Assembly: GCA_051294905.1 (NCBI GenBank)
Contig: CM119384.1
Span: forward strand, 4,898,001 to 4,962,000
Reading direction: 5' to 3'
DNA: 64,000 nucleotides
Source of the DNA: Botryllus schlosseri
Lineage: Eukaryota
Notes under the pieces: generated by a model
What the model was told of the DNA's origin: nothing
Seen by the model: the letters and a program-made list of their open reading frames with translations, nothing else
Database searches by the model: none
In this document: piece after piece, positions 25,001-37,260 of the stretch
Position numbering within the stretch: position 1 is the stretch's first letter
How the letters are laid out: every line of letters begins with the position of its first letter
Translations under genes and position numbers: made by a program

Positions 25001-28000
25001 TAACAAGGCCGCCCGTCCAATTTCCCTTCCCAATCAAGTCAAAAGCTACCAATACTCGGTGTCTAACCGGGGATTAAGCCTCTCGCGAAACCGCCCGTTG
25101 TTCCTCTCCGCATTAGAACGACACATCATCGGCATCGGACGGGCCTCTAATTACGAGTTGCTCGCGCTGAATTAAGAACCGCGCCAGGCTTTGATGTCGC
25201 TCCGTAATCGTCCATTAAAGCGGTTATTTACTACTCGCTAAATATGATAACTTTTAATGAGGGCATCGGTGTCGGATGCCTCGGTTATGGCTCGGTATGT
25301 TCACGCGAATCGATACAACAGTTTAGCGCGCGCGCTATATCTGGATCACATTTCGCGCGTAATAACCTGGACTTCCTAATTTACAAGGTTTACAAATATA
25401 TGATCACATGACTCGACAGAATGATTATTTCAATCGTGACGATCGAGTTGAACTGAACTTAAACTGTGCCGCTGCTTTTACATTAGTGTCAAGCTGGTCT
25501 TGCTGAATTCTGCCGTTACTATCTTTCACAAATGCAATTTCAACAATGAAGAGCTGGTTTGAGGTACGGAACTCCAATATACAATTGGATTATATATCCA
25601 TATTGAAGAAACACGACTATTTTTGGCGGAGATTCGTTAGGCTAATAGTCAGCAACTGATAGAGAATTTAAAAGAACTTTGAATATGTGTGTGTCAGAGA
25701 GTATATGTGATACGACTGTTGAATTGGCACCCCTAACGGGTGGCAGTCGAAAATATTCGGGTTTATTTCAATATGAGTATATTATTCAATTGTACTTTCA
25801 TCAATGTTCGTATTGCTGGTAAGTGTGGGCAGCTTTATATGGAAAGGTGGCTACAGCATGTCGGCCTCACAATTATTGTACACTGTACAGTGTTTTCTAC
25901 CTTTTTCGCACTTGGCGTACTAAACTAGTACAAAAATGAAGTTGGCCAATTAGACTTCGATGGGAACACACAAAATTTAAGCAGCACAGTAAATCAATAC
26001 TATTAAACGTTGCATTGAATCGTGTCTGAATGATAATTTGAATTCATTGAAATCTTGTAAATTATTTCTAAATTCACCCAACGAAATTCGATACGAAAGC
26101 ACGATTCCGAAAATAGCATACCCCTAACTAGCTGATAAGTGTCGATATTATTTCTTGCTAATAATTCACAGATTACCAACAAAAAATGATTGACAAACGT
26201 CATTGCTATACGAGCGTCAACACAAAAATATCAACTTCCACAAACTGTCTAGTACTGTAAGCAAAAATGATGTCACAAACCTAACCTTAAGTATTATCTT
26301 GACTGTCATTTCCCTGTCGAACTGTTATGTATTCACTGTTCATGACAACCTGATTTCTGGTATCAATCTACTCTACACCATACATGAACTATGGTACACT
26401 GACAACGGTGTGGCCCATAGGTTCAAAACCACTGCTGTGCAGTACAAAGTCAAAAAATATGCGGTACCTCCGGAATTCAGAAGTATCCGAGCACTCCAAG
26501 TCGCATCCGGGCCACTTGCAGACGCCGTGCGAGAATAAAGTTGAAGCTGCATTCGCCGCGCCGACTCTGGGGCCGTCAGGCGTGCTTTCCCGCGATCTCC
26601 TAAACGGAACAGAAATCGATTTGAATCTGTAAATTCACCACAATATTTCATAGGTGGTCAGTAACTGTTTGCATCTACATTTCGGAGCACACATCCGATT
26701 TTGGCGGATACCCACTTTCTCGCATGCTCGCCATTGGTGTCTGCCGCGACCCGATCGCTGTGTGGCGAAGAAAACCTTTTATTTCCGTCCGCGTGTTCTC
26801 CGGTGTCGCTCCGGTTTTTGCCGCCTCCGGAAGCCGCCGCAAACGCGGCCTGCAGAGCCGCGCTCTCAGCCATCTGCTTCCAAATCTGTTGCAACTCGGC
26901 TGCGAAAGACAGGCTTGTACTAACTACCAGTCTAGTTAGTTGACTGCTTTTTGAGTGGTTCTAGTTCTAGTTGCAGTGAGTAGTTCTAGCTCTAGTTCTA
27001 GTTACGTATTTAAAATAAATTCAGTTGTCGAACAACTCGAAAACATGCGTCGTCGTAAGGCGTGAATCGTGATACAGGTGTTCACAGTTTTATGATGTTA
27101 TTACGGCCATGACTAGCTCATAGTCATCGCTACTAACAGCGACGTAGCCCGGGGATGGGGGTTTAGGGGTTGAAACCCCTGCCATTTCAAACTCGAAACC
27201 CCGTCCTTTTGAAATACCGATTCTATCTCCAATATCTCTCATCTCATTTCCAATTCAGTTGAGAATCGAGTTAGTTGTGTTTAGTTAGTCAGTGAAGTAG
27301 CTCTAGTTCTAGTTCTAGTTGCTAGTTTTGAAAAGTGAGCGGTTCTAGTTCTAGTTCTAGTTAATTTTGAAAAGTGAGCAGTTCTAGTTGTGATTTTTAT
27401 AAATCCAGAAGTTTGCACAACCTGGCATACGAGCCTGGTAAATCTAGATGCGCATCCGAAAAGGTAACCAATCGCTGTCGACCTCACGCATCGCTGAACT
27501 CACGTGATGTCAATGGCGGCAACTGTCGTCCTTGAGCGAACGCTGCAGCTGCAGCCGCGGCCAGGCCCTGCTGCTGGTGAAGTGCGGCGGCCTGGTGGTG
27601 TTGCTGGTGCTGGGCTTGCATTTGCTGAAGTTGGACCAGCTGCTGTAGGGCTAACTGCTGCTGTAAGTGTGGCTCTGGTGTGTCGGTGGAGCTGTTACTG
27701 CAGTTGTTCGTGTCGTTTTGATTGTCGGAGTGCTTTCCCTGGCGGGATATCTGCAATTATGTCAAGCCGTGATGAAAAAGTCTTCATTCCGATGCAGTTT
27801 ACCAACAAAAAGTTACGCTGCATTGAGGTACCGGTAAGTCTATTTTGTCTAACTGCAAATTTGGTTAGTGAGAGAGTATGCTGTTAACCGTAATTGGACG
27901 ACAAAAGAATTTTCAGCTTCCAAATGATATTAGGATTCGAAGTGTAGCTAGACAGTTTTTTCAGAGTATTAGAATTACTGAAAACGCAAAAACTTCTAAA

Positions 28001-31000
28001 ATGAATCAGATTCCGAATTGAATGGAAATGCAACAAAAAATGAAGTTCAGTTCATATCAAATCAAGAAAGCATGAGAATAACAAATGTCTGTACACCAAG
28101 GCTGGCTCGTTTCAAACTGTACCGTTGTTCTGTAAGATTTTCAGGAAAACTATAAATTAAATTAGAATTACAATTAGAGCATAGAAACAGTTCACAAGTT
28201 AGATTAGAATTAGATTGTGGGCATTTCGCTGTAACTGGTCAATTAGACAACACAAACTATCTAGTCCAAGTCTGGTTAACACAGAACACTACCATCCGTT
28301 GTGATTCGAGTCGATCGAATTCCAAAGTTGTAATGTCATAACCCGCCTCCCCCAAGCAAACATATGAAACGAAACAATCATCCGCACGGTCTCTAAATGG
28401 CACGGAAAAGGTCACAGGCGCGATTCAAAATGGCCATGGCTGCATCAGTGCATCACGCACACTTTTTTAATAGGCAGTTACCAATCCGATGATTTTTTAC
28501 GTCATAAATTGGTTTCAAACATTGAGAAATTACAACCCCTAATTGTGGCCGTGCGAATGTCATTACAGCACGAAACAATCAGGATAACAGAAAGGTATTT
28601 CAATCTTTTGCATATTTCCACTAAAAATAACAGATTAGGTAGTCAGCGTTCAAGGAAAAACTACATCACACTGCATTATCGGAAGACGTTTACACAACAA
28701 CTGTGATGTCACCAACGTAAATACTTTGATGATAAAATCGCTCATGTATATATGTGGCGTCCAACAGCACAGTAACACTGCGTCCGTTAACAAATGAACA
28801 CACAAAAATCACTCAATCTCAATGCCACTGGTATATTTTTACAACGAAAGCAAAACTGCCAAGACCAGAAATACAGTTTATAAAGTATCGATGTCGTTAT
28901 TACAGGCAACGCTAAGAAGAAAAGAAATAAACAATATCCTCGCAATTATATCTCGTCTGACTTACTTAGACACGACTTACGCCAGAATCGATAGGCACAC
29001 GCCCCAAACATGCACCCTATTTCTATCTTTCACCGTCAGAGTATTCGGACTAGCATAGTTCAGAACCGCTCAAAATTAATTACTAGGATCCTGAGAGTAG
29101 ATGTGAAGGTAATTATGAAATGTAAATACACGAAGCCGCTAAACCGAATATGGCGCTAGTCCTTCCTTTGACGTTCACTGAGACCGATAACGCAAGGTAG
29201 CCTACGACTGGGCCAGTGGAACCCCTACGGTAGGGATACTCAATTGGCGGACCTTTCGAGTGTCGGATCCGGACCCCGGACCTTATCTGTTTTAGTATCC
29301 AAAGTAGAATGTCTGGATCTAGCAGACAGGCGCGTGAGTTGGTATTTATCATGTCAACAGCACAAGTATAACGTAAATCAACGTAAAATTCTCGGAGAAA
29401 CCCATTATCCACAGGTAGATTGTGCGGATTCGACAGATAGGCGAAACAGTTAGCTATTTTCACCACAAGTATAGTATAGACAGGTAGGGGAGATTCCTAG
29501 AGAATTTCAGACTTCTGAATATGGACCTTTGCTAAAAAATGGTTGAATATCCCTGCCCGACAGCCTACATCTACAATCACCAGCATATCCATGTCATGTG
29601 AATATGAAGACCCGGTTGCGTGCAGTACTTATTACAAATACATTCGCATTAATGACCAATTCATAATTAGGTTAGTAGAGTTCCAATTCGTAACTACAGC
29701 GCGGTACACTACAACTAAATCTGTGCGCATACTCTAAAAGCAACGGCGAAATACAGATCTACAGGCTAGGCAAACAAATTTGACATATCAAGACAAATAA
29801 CAGCAGTACAACCCACTTACTTGAAGTTGAAAGTCGTGAATTTGCTTCTGCTGTTGCCTGTACAATTCTTGCAGTTGCTGCGCCTGGTGCTGCGAAATAG
29901 ATTATGATTCGATACTCAAGTGTATGAGAAGCAATCGAGAAAACAACTACCACGCTGCATTTCCTGATAAACAACACTATACACCGCGCTGAGAACATGG
30001 CACACACACTCGCGAGAGATCGGTCAAAACTCGACGAGGAAATGTTTGTGATACGGTCATTCAAGCGCAGCGAGAGCATTCACATCGATCCGATAAACAA
30101 CGCAACAGGAAAGGCTTCAATAACACAAACAAACACAAACATATGTCCGCCTCGGCTGTGCGAACGCACATTCTCATTGGTTGAGTTGCGCTGCAGCTGC
30201 GAAGACCCGGAACTAACCAATTTATCATGCTTGCTACGCGTTCTACCGTACACATATGTTGGATATAACATAAGCTTGGCGCAATTGAATGCAACATTAA
30301 TGTAGATGGCGTAGATGCCGGGCTGACCATTGACAACACTCATTTAGCACCACCAGTAGCTTATTTCATTGATCTTTCGAGTACAACTCAATACAATTTG
30401 GATCCCAAAATATAAGTGCCAGATTCGACTATCATGAAAGCAGTGTCCGAAAAAGCATTCACGTATAAGTACAGGAAGAATGCGCAATGCGCATATCACA
30501 CTGCGCGCAGCCGCGAACTGGAAGTGTTGATATTGATAAACAACTTCCCGACGCTGTGAGCTCGAAGTCGGAACCCGAACATCAGTTCATGCCAGCAATA
30601 TGTTACAGTCCGAATGAACCTCGGACAGTACACCATATTTCAGTAATTGTGAGATTAAAATGATAAGAAATCAAGACTATAATCCAAATACCGATGGAGA
30701 GGTACGCCATAAATTTTGTTTCAAACATTGTGATGTCACGTAAGAAACTGTATTTTTTACTCGCATATGTTTTCTTAGTGTTCCATTCCAATAAAATACA
30801 TTTATTTTAAAGCAATATTTTTCTCTTTCTCGATTTGCAACAATAAGGTCGTCATGGGTAATAGAATTTTCGATTATAATCAAATATACAAATCCATTAC
30901 GTAAACATATGATATATTCATGAAATCAGATTCTAGGAAACTCTCAACAACAGTTTACCTACACCCAAAATGGCGCCGACGACAATCAAGTAAAGTTGAC

Positions 31001-34000
31001 AGACATAAACGTAAGTCGATATAATATTTTACAATTCACGATGTACCCGTATTTTCCAGAAATATGAAGCCTGGCTGCCGAATCGATGCACTTTAAGACA
31101 AAGTCACATCTGTGTTCCAACTAGGATTTAGTCTGTAACATTTCATACCACATCAATATTCACTATGGTGACGAATACATTTAATTGAACGCAGGATTTT
31201 GAGTCACGCTACCAAATTATTGCCGAGTACAGGGGTGTCATTATTGTATTCCCGGTTATTTATTTGTTAGATAGTTACTAATCCAAAATTACCCCTTTTC
31301 CTTCCACGATAAAAGCAGCATAGAGTTGAAATTACATTACATTCCCGTACTGCGAGCGAGATAGGATATAAGGAAATTGCTTGTTTGTTTTCGCCGCTAT
31401 TGAGTAACTAAACAAGATCTGTCCACTTGACAAGTCGGGGTCATTAAATAAAGATAAGACGGGCGATTGAGCGTGAAACTCTACATTCTGACAAGGGTCA
31501 TCCTGTTATCTGCGATAAGAACAAGGGCAATTTCCCACCGAAACGCCTATTGCCGCGACGCAGCGTTTGGCAGTGTTTACTCAGACGCACAGCTTCGGCG
31601 CCCGTAGGAAACAAGATGCAGATGTGAGATAGAGGACAAACAAACAGTCCGCTCTGGGATACAGAAGGCATCTGCCTTGCTTACTCATACCAACATAAAT
31701 AAATACACATCGCCCGTAATCGCGTTACTCAAGCGGCGGGGTTGTCTGTGACTAGGGCGGCCCCTCAGGTGTGTCTATGCTTGAAATACGACTTGATCAT
31801 TGTCAGACGTCTGGGTGTCGCGCGACAAGTATCGCTTTTCACGTTGAAAAAATGCGTTAGATCTAGACATGGCAACTAGATAATTTTAGTGGTCTAATTA
31901 GACTTATTAGAGCCAAAGTCTAATCAAATTTGTGAATTGTAATATTTTACGTCATATTTTATGATACGATGGCTGATATACGATGCTCTTTCCACTTCTC
32001 TACTAGTTGCTGACGATTACCCCTGACGAGTGTCAGCCGAAAATATTCGGGTTCATTCCAATATGAATATATATAACAGAAGTTCTGTGCTTCCGAAAGC
32101 CTATTCAAATGTGAATATACAATTCAGTTCATTTTAGCTCTAATTTGCTGTAAATGGCGCAGGACATACGTATATAGTGCGAAACGAGTCAAGCTCACGC
32201 ACGGACATTTGCTATTATCATGCTCGAGAGAATTAAGCATGATTTTACATGAATTGAATTTGATTCAAGGACCGAGTTTTCGCGAGTTCAGTAATTCTAA
32301 TTTGAAAAAATGTATAGTCATAGTTCTAATTTTAATCTAATCGGGAAAAAAGTGTGTGACCAGAATTCTAATTCTAGTCTAATTTGGATGCAAACTGTGC
32401 AGTTATAATTTTGATTCTAATTTAATGTGAAGAAGCTGAAACTGTTCTAGTTGTCCAAGTGCGGTTTGGTTGTTAGATAATCGCATATCGTTAACGATCG
32501 GTAATCAATCTAACCGTACTTCCCACGCAGTGAGAGCTCACAAAATATGATTCTCATTCATTAAAACAGCATTGCGGCAAACACGGATTAATACTTGAAA
32601 CCACATCGCGTATATAGTCCGCTACCAGCTCTTGGAAATGTTTGGAGTATGCGTCAAAGGTTGTAACAAAATATTGTCATACTAAAACAGTGCGTGCAAA
32701 TTTACAGTGCTCACAACGTCAGCACACACTTCAAGGCCCGTAACCTAAATACCGTGTCGCTTAAGGTTATTCGAATGATCTCGCTGTTACCATAAATACG
32801 TTACGAGTCGCGATAAAGAAATTAGACTACGAAATCCCACAACCTCTGGCGCGAATATTGTGATGGACTGTGAAATTAAATTGTTACCTGCTGCGCTGCG
32901 ATTGCTTGTTGTTGTTGCATAAAGGCTTGAAGCTGACCCGGCGAAGGAACTTGCTGGGAAAGTAACTGTTGAATCTGTACCACAGAAACACAATCTGTGC
33001 ATGAATATTTAAACAGTTCCATTGCATGTATGGTATACACCATTGAAAATTGAAGATTCGTTTGTATAACTCACGAGAAATAAACGTACCTGTTGTGAGT
33101 TTAAAAGCGATGTGGGTGAAAACGGAAGGCCGGAGCCTTGGGCGCCAGAGGCGGCGGCTGCTGCTGCGACCATGGCTGCTGCCAATGGGTTTTCAGACGC
33201 CGACTCCTTGACGCTGTCTCCCCTGCTACTGTTTGGGGAATCTGCAGTAGGCAATCCCGCCACGATTGTTGATACCGGGTTCGTGCTTTTGTCAAACTGC
33301 TTCAGATCTGACTGGCTATGCTGCTGTAGTAATGATAGCATTGCCTGCCAAAAGAGAATGACTTCAACAAAATATAAATATCTGAGCCTCTATCGAAACA
33401 CTATTCCAAGTCCTTCCTATCTTTACATTTTATCGCAATCTTGCGGTGTCAAGAACCGATGAAAGGATGAATAAACTGAACTGAACTAGTAAATTATTAT
33501 ACTTGGCCTAAGTTACCAGGAACACGGCACTTCGAATATGATTTATATCAGAGCATGGCCATGATCAGAGCTGCATATTACTGGAGCTATGCAATCAAAA
33601 TATGACTTTAGTTCGTAGCTTTATCATGCACCCCTCACTCGCGCTATAATCCACCTATAAATGGGCGGCGCATACATTCTTTTTCAACTTGAAATCAGTA
33701 CAATTTTACAGCACTCGAACCTTCCGATATCACTGTGAGTGTGAGAAGTCACTTTTGTGACGCTATTAATCAATGACATAGCCGGCCTCATCTCGTTCGT
33801 TTCAGAGATTATACGAATATATTCAACAGCAATACATGCGCTCAATCACTTTGGCAGGGCTAATTTATCATTTAGAGCTTGCATGCTCGTCTCATTGCTT
33901 GTAAACGTCCGTCACAAGTAAAACAAACCGTGATCGCCTCGTCAAGAGTTTGGCATTTCCTATGTAATATTGACACTTTAAAACCGTTGCGTCATGGCGC

Positions 34001-36444
34001 ACGATGCTTGGAAATAACGCTTTTTCAATCATTTCCACACTAAATTGATTACGCCACCAACAAACATCGTTCCGCAGCGCGATCGGTTGGATCATCTCTT
34101 CGATCGGCGCGAAACGACAGAATTTATTGATGTACTTCCGAACGCAAGGCGCTCAACGTGACGTTGACATGCAATCTAAGAATTTTCATTGGCGTACGAG
34201 TGCCTTTGAGACGCAATTCGTTCTGCAAACAATATGACACTCGGAATAGACTGATTTTCGAATGGGGATTACGGGCTATGCATCAAACGCAGGACTTGCG
34301 ATACATCGACAATCTATGATATTAAATGGTGCAATGATCTATTAATACTACGGTTGTAATGAGTCGTATCCACAAAAATTAGCGGTGTTTCGAATAATCA
34401 TTGGTAGGGATTCAGCAAGTATCCATTTTACTTATTGCTGACGATTATCCCTGAACAGTTTCTGCCGAAAATTGTCTGGTTTATTTCTACATGAATACAT
34501 CATTCCATTGTATCCGTATTACGAAAAAATATCATGAAATATCCTAGGATGTTAAAAAATTGCGATTTCTTTCAAGCATGATAATACTTTCAAGTTCCCC
34601 TTCATCGACTAAACTATAGAACGTACGCAAGCAATTTCCAATACGAAATTGTGACACCTTGTTCCCTTAAAAATCAACTTATTATCACGGATGTTGCACT
34701 ATTACAAGCGTTGAGCTGAGCACCTTCACTGCATCTTCGCGATATAGTCATCATTTTCGCCAATAACCAGAATATAACATCAGTAACAATTTCAGAAAAG
34801 GGCACCGACTTCCAATTTCACTACCGATCACTATATCCCTAGACAGGCCGCAGCATGCAAAGGTGCGGGTGCGGGGCTAACACGATGTTTGCCGAATGGT
34901 TGTATTAAAATTTGCTTCTCAATAACAATGGTGGGTTGATTTTTGTGGAATCCCTCACCAGGTGCCGTGAGATCATTTCATTTACACGATGGCTAGCACC
35001 TTTCTCGTTACACGCGTCGAGAATCGAGATCGTATCGACTGCTTATTTATATGGCGCGAATGTCGATTACGAAGCGAATGACACATAAACCTTCGGCTGC
35101 AAACATTTATGTAAGTCATCGGTGAGACATAAATTCTCGCCTAGTTTTCGAGCTGGCACGGTTTACTTGAAGGCAGATTATAAACTTTAATCCGCGTACA
35201 TTTATTTATTTATTTACCACACACGAGCCCGGTCTAGATTTGGTTCCCATCGCAATGATGCACAATGAAGAGAAAATGCGTATTGTAAAATACCAAATCT
35301 GCATAGTGCAGTAACTAATTGTTTCGATCTACCACAGTCAAATGGAGTAACCTGAACCCTTCCTGTCGTTAACCACACAGTGATTAATGTATTCCCGGTG
35401 CTAAATAATCAAATGGTGGGATATTTCAGGAATTTAGTCGCGTATTTTAATAATATCCGATGCTCGAGGCACACATGGATGTAGCAAACTCGTGAAACAT
35501 GATCTAACAAACTTTTCTCTGTATGACAACAGCATTTGATAGGTTAAGAATCAGAACCCTATCTCAATCTCGTATATTTAATTGTCTTCGATACACGAAT
35601 CCTGTAGCTTAGACATTGCCGACAACTGCGCTATATAAGCTAAGCTAACGAGAAGTACTGGTCACATACATGACAGAAAATCAATGTTTCAAACACATTT
35701 TTTTATCATTTAGTAACTTTTTTGTCCGATATTTTGGTAATTGTCTTTTTCTGAGTATACCAAACAGTCATACATGAAAAATTAACGCCCAGTGGATTTG
35801 AGAGAGAAAGACGAAGCAAGAAAAAATATCACCTTTGTCAGCATGAGCATGACTGATAATAATAATCACCATATTCGTACCGTCTGCAGTAATATCAAAG
35901 AGTTATTACAACTTGACCTTCTCACAAATATTGAGTCATCAACGATGCGAGACTTAAGCTAGGCTGAATGCCGAAAATATAGCTATTGCATGTCAGTTGT
36001 ACATTCGAGTGAGAAATTTACTATGTATGCCCCTCCTTCGTTTAATACATACAGTATATATACTGAACACTGTCCACAGCAATTAAACCAACACAAACAT
36101 TTATGCAAGCATCAAATAGTTTCAGTAAAGAATGACTATCAAACATCTTACCGAACACGGATAAAAGATATTACATACTCTTCTTGTGCTCCATCTAGAA
36201 GCAGGCCTATATAACTAAGAACCAACAAAATGCCATTTACCTTATGAGCAGACAACCGTGTCTGTAGGTCGCGGGTTGTTGCAAAGTCGGGACTCCGTGA
36301 GTAGTTTCGCTCGTGGGCCGGACTTCGTCTCGGCTCGTTAAACGATGATTTCCGATCAATAAAACTGTCTTCTTGGTGTAATTTATGAGATGGAGATGCC
36401 GTCAGAGTAGATTCCTTCGTTAATGCCAAACCAGACTTTCGCAT
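788..36444 (-). CDS. FOXP: FoxP (FOXP1/2/4 orthologue-like) transcription factor, spliced CDS, 3'-truncated by window edge
   Basis: Exons joined by hand with GT..AG and compatible phases: 36444-36241, 33344-33090, 32974-32888, 29889-29821, 27750-27504, 26899-26716, 26626-26468, 20149-20062, 12845-12654, 1052-788. Product contains FoxP-diagnostic [12 protein letters not shown]...[45 protein letters not shown] and [11 protein letters not shown]. Confidence 0.95.
4375..4965. repeat. Minisatellite array, ~30-36-bp unit (GTAGTTCTAGTTCTAGTTGTGGATTTTGAAAA)
   Basis: Directly visible; related arrays 8770-9090, 14290-14480 (opposite strand), 26935-27010, 27290-27410. Confidence 0.93.
6100..6478. mobile_element. 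GACTCGAGTC-rich hAT-like MITE remnant
   Basis: Dense GACTC/GAGTC motifs, end TTGGTGACAACCCTG; no TSD found. Confidence 0.65.
7549..7573. mobile_element. P-element-like excision footprint (25 bp), TSD GGTCAAA
   Basis: GGTCAAA-CATGGCCTACTAGTGGTAGGCCATG-GGTCAAA. Confidence 0.8.
12256..12602. mobile_element. Foldback-type MITE with subterminal ~17-bp repeats, 7-bp TSD TTAAAAC
   Basis: Ends GGGT...CAATACCGAGAAAACCAT inverted; arrays of CCGAGAATGGACA(C/T)(C/T)A on both arms; TSD 12249-55 and 12603-09. Superfamily uncertain (MuDR/Foldback-like). Confidence 0.88.
12654..12845 (-). CDS. FOXP: FoxP leucine-zipper exon ([16 protein letters not shown]...)
   Basis: ttcacag acceptor, TTG|GTGAGT donor, 192 bp, phases 0/0. 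Confidence 0.96.
13721..13730. mobile_element. P-element-like excision footprint (10 bp), TSD TTGTCAC
   Basis: TTGTCAC-CATGGCCATG-TTGTCAC. Confidence 0.75.
16184..16718. mobile_element. hAT-type MITE, TSD CATACAAG, containing a SINE
   Basis: TIR CACTGGCGTAGCAGC / GCTGCTACGCCACTG; perfect 8-bp TSD. Confidence 0.85.
16382..16632 (+). mobile_element. tRNA-derived SINE with (CT)n tail, TSD CACTGTGC
   Basis: A box TAGTGTAATGG, B box GGTTCGATCC, core GGGTCAGACCAAAGACT..AAAACTGGTA; second copy at 56979-57236. Confidence 0.88.
17869..17912 (-). ncRNA. Minimal type-I hammerhead ribozyme motif, intact core, sense in FoxP intron
   Basis: Reverse complement reads GCAGACGATTACCCCTGACGAGTGTCAGCCGAAAATATTCGGGT. 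Confidence 0.78.
19046..19562. mobile_element. hAT-type palindromic MITE inserted into another MITE
   Basis: TIR TAGGGCTCTTCAAAAATGACTTTTTT; flanks CTGTACAG/CTGTACAC; related partial copy 60340-60657. Confidence 0.9.
20062..20149 (-). CDS. FOXP: FoxP zinc-finger/zipper exon ([29 protein letters not shown])
   Basis: 88 bp, tatcacag acceptor, CAG|GTAACG donor, near-identical to vertebrate FOXP motif. Confidence 0.97.
23515..23590 (+). repeat. tRNA-like SINE head fragment
   Basis: A-box-like TAGCGTTGTGG and B box GGTTCGAGTC without a complete cloverleaf; similar decayed heads near 47465-47545 and 51410-51470. Confidence 0.4.
24168..24535 (+). mobile_element. MITE family with CAGAGGTGGTC(A)GTAACGAAG end and ACTCAAGTAG motifs
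   Basis: Related pieces near 1280-1380, 3220-3510, 17950-18150, 22165-22230, 22830-23050, 52480-52620, 54700-54930. Confidence 0.7.
24578..24710 (+). mobile_element. Hammerhead-bearing short retroelement copy (Penelope pLTR/retrozyme-like), degenerate core, with inverted partial copy at its 5' side
   Basis: Same ~150-bp family as ~1136-1197, 9596-9690, 11658-11740, 13400-13490, 17840-17942, 25741-25800, 31978-32095, 34430-34515, 40335-40445. Confidence 0.7.
26468..26626 (-). CDS. FOXP: FoxP zinc-finger exon ([23 protein letters not shown])
   Basis: Conserved HGVCKWPGC motif in a frame the ORF track did not list; phases 2/2. Confidence 0.96.
26716..26899 (-). CDS. FOXP: FoxP exon (ELQQIWKQ...)
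   Basis: tttcgcag acceptor, AA|GTGGGT donor, phases 1/2. Confidence 0.9.
27504..27750 (-). CDS. FOXP: FoxP Gln/Ala-rich exon
   Basis: ttgcag acceptor, C|GTGAGT phase-1 donor; the join gives [12 protein letters not shown] (cf. LSPAEIQQLWKE). Confidence 0.92.
29821..29889 (-). CDS. FOXP: FoxP exon [23 protein letters not shown] (frame not in ORF track)
   Basis: 69 bp, tttcgcag acceptor, CAA|GTAAGT donor, resembles QQLQEFYKKQQEQLHLQ. Confidence 0.9.
31862..32460 (+). mobile_element. Abundant AATTCTAATCTAATT-rich MITE family (probable hAT; GGACAACTAG termini)
   Basis: Shared GCTACAGGAGAACTGTACAGTGCGAAACGAGCCAAGCTTG core; other copies approx. 395-745(+), 7240-7665(-), 9930-10250(+), 11560-11990(+), 12940-13290(-), 15980-16145(+), 18897-19635(+, split), 19640-19980(+), 27890-28275(-). 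Confidence 0.8.
32009..32052 (+). ncRNA. Minimal type-I hammerhead ribozyme motif, intact core (antisense to FoxP)
   Basis: GCTGACG-att-ACCC-CTGACGA-G-TGTCAGC-C-GAAA-ATAT-TC-GGGT: stem I ACCC/GGGT, CUGANGA and GAAA core, palindromic stem III, UUC cleavage site, 7-bp pseudoknot. Activity untested. Confidence 0.8.
32888..32974 (-). CDS. FOXP: FoxP exon [29 protein letters not shown] (frame not in ORF track)
   Basis: 87 bp, AG/GT flanks, resembles vertebrate FOXP [22 protein letters not shown]. Confidence 0.9.
33090..33344 (-). CDS. FOXP: FoxP exon ([10 protein letters not shown]...SLLNSQQ)
   Basis: ttttggcag acceptor, CAG|GTACGT donor, 255 bp open frame, Ala/Ser-rich. Confidence 0.85.
33554..33563. 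mobile_element. P-element-like excision footprint (10 bp), TSD ATCAGAG
   Basis: ATCAGAG-CATGGCCATG-ATCAGAG. Confidence 0.75.
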
Positions 36445-36538
36445 TACTACACATCCACAGATCCTCTCGACATTACCGGGGCTACTATCGGCAGAGGTGT
36501 CGCAGGCTATGCTTAGAAACAGTACGCCGAAAACTCTT
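36241..36538 (-). CDS. FOXP: Probable first coding exon of FoxP (ATG at 36444; [10 protein letters not shown]...RLSAHK)
   Basis: ttgcag acceptor at 36539-40, open frame, phase-0 donor AAG|GTAAAT at 36241 matching the phase-0 next exon. No homology motif, so the assignment is positional. Confidence 0.6.
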
Positions 36539-37260
36539 CTGCAATTTGATATATTATGTTATAGACATTAACAATGACGCAATCGTGAATAACGCATAAC
36601 TCGGAGAAATCCTATACGCAGCGTGGCTAACATCTCAAAAAAGCCAGCAATAGAGGTTTGAATCACGTTTGTTATTCTGCGTGGCGCTCAGGAACGGCAA
36701 CGTTGCGAGAATTGCTTCAATCTCTTTGTAATTGATCCTCCTCAGCTAACTACGTGGTACCTGGTGCGATTGAAAATACTATATCTGCCAGATATGACAT
36801 GGCCACCGACAATACATAGTAATATGTATTTAGTAATAAGTTTTTGATACCATATTCCTAAATATGACACCACACGTGCTGATAAGCTCGGCTCAACACA
36901 TCGGCGAGATGACGAATTGAAAATTTTACAGTATAATAGGGTTTTCCACAACTATATGCCGTGCGACACAGCCCGCCCCCGTAAATATCAGCTACCTGCC
37001 CTAAAGGAATTCTGTAAATAACGACTATATTCCGTCTGACAGACAGTAGATTTCGCGCCACAATAGCCCAGTAAAAAATACAACTAAGCTGCGGTCTCAA
37101 CTACTAAATTAACTCTACAGAAAATCATCTTCCTTAACCGCCATCTATATTTCCGTTGGATAAGTGACATCGTTGTAGTAATTGCTAGCGTTAACAGATA
37201 TACCACTGCGATAATCTTGAATACAATACCTTCCATAAAATCAAAAATACAGCCTATACC

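Noticed and set aside
28430-28440. Sixth CATGG footprint (ATGGCCATG)
   Set aside because: Lacks the initial C and has no flanking duplication.
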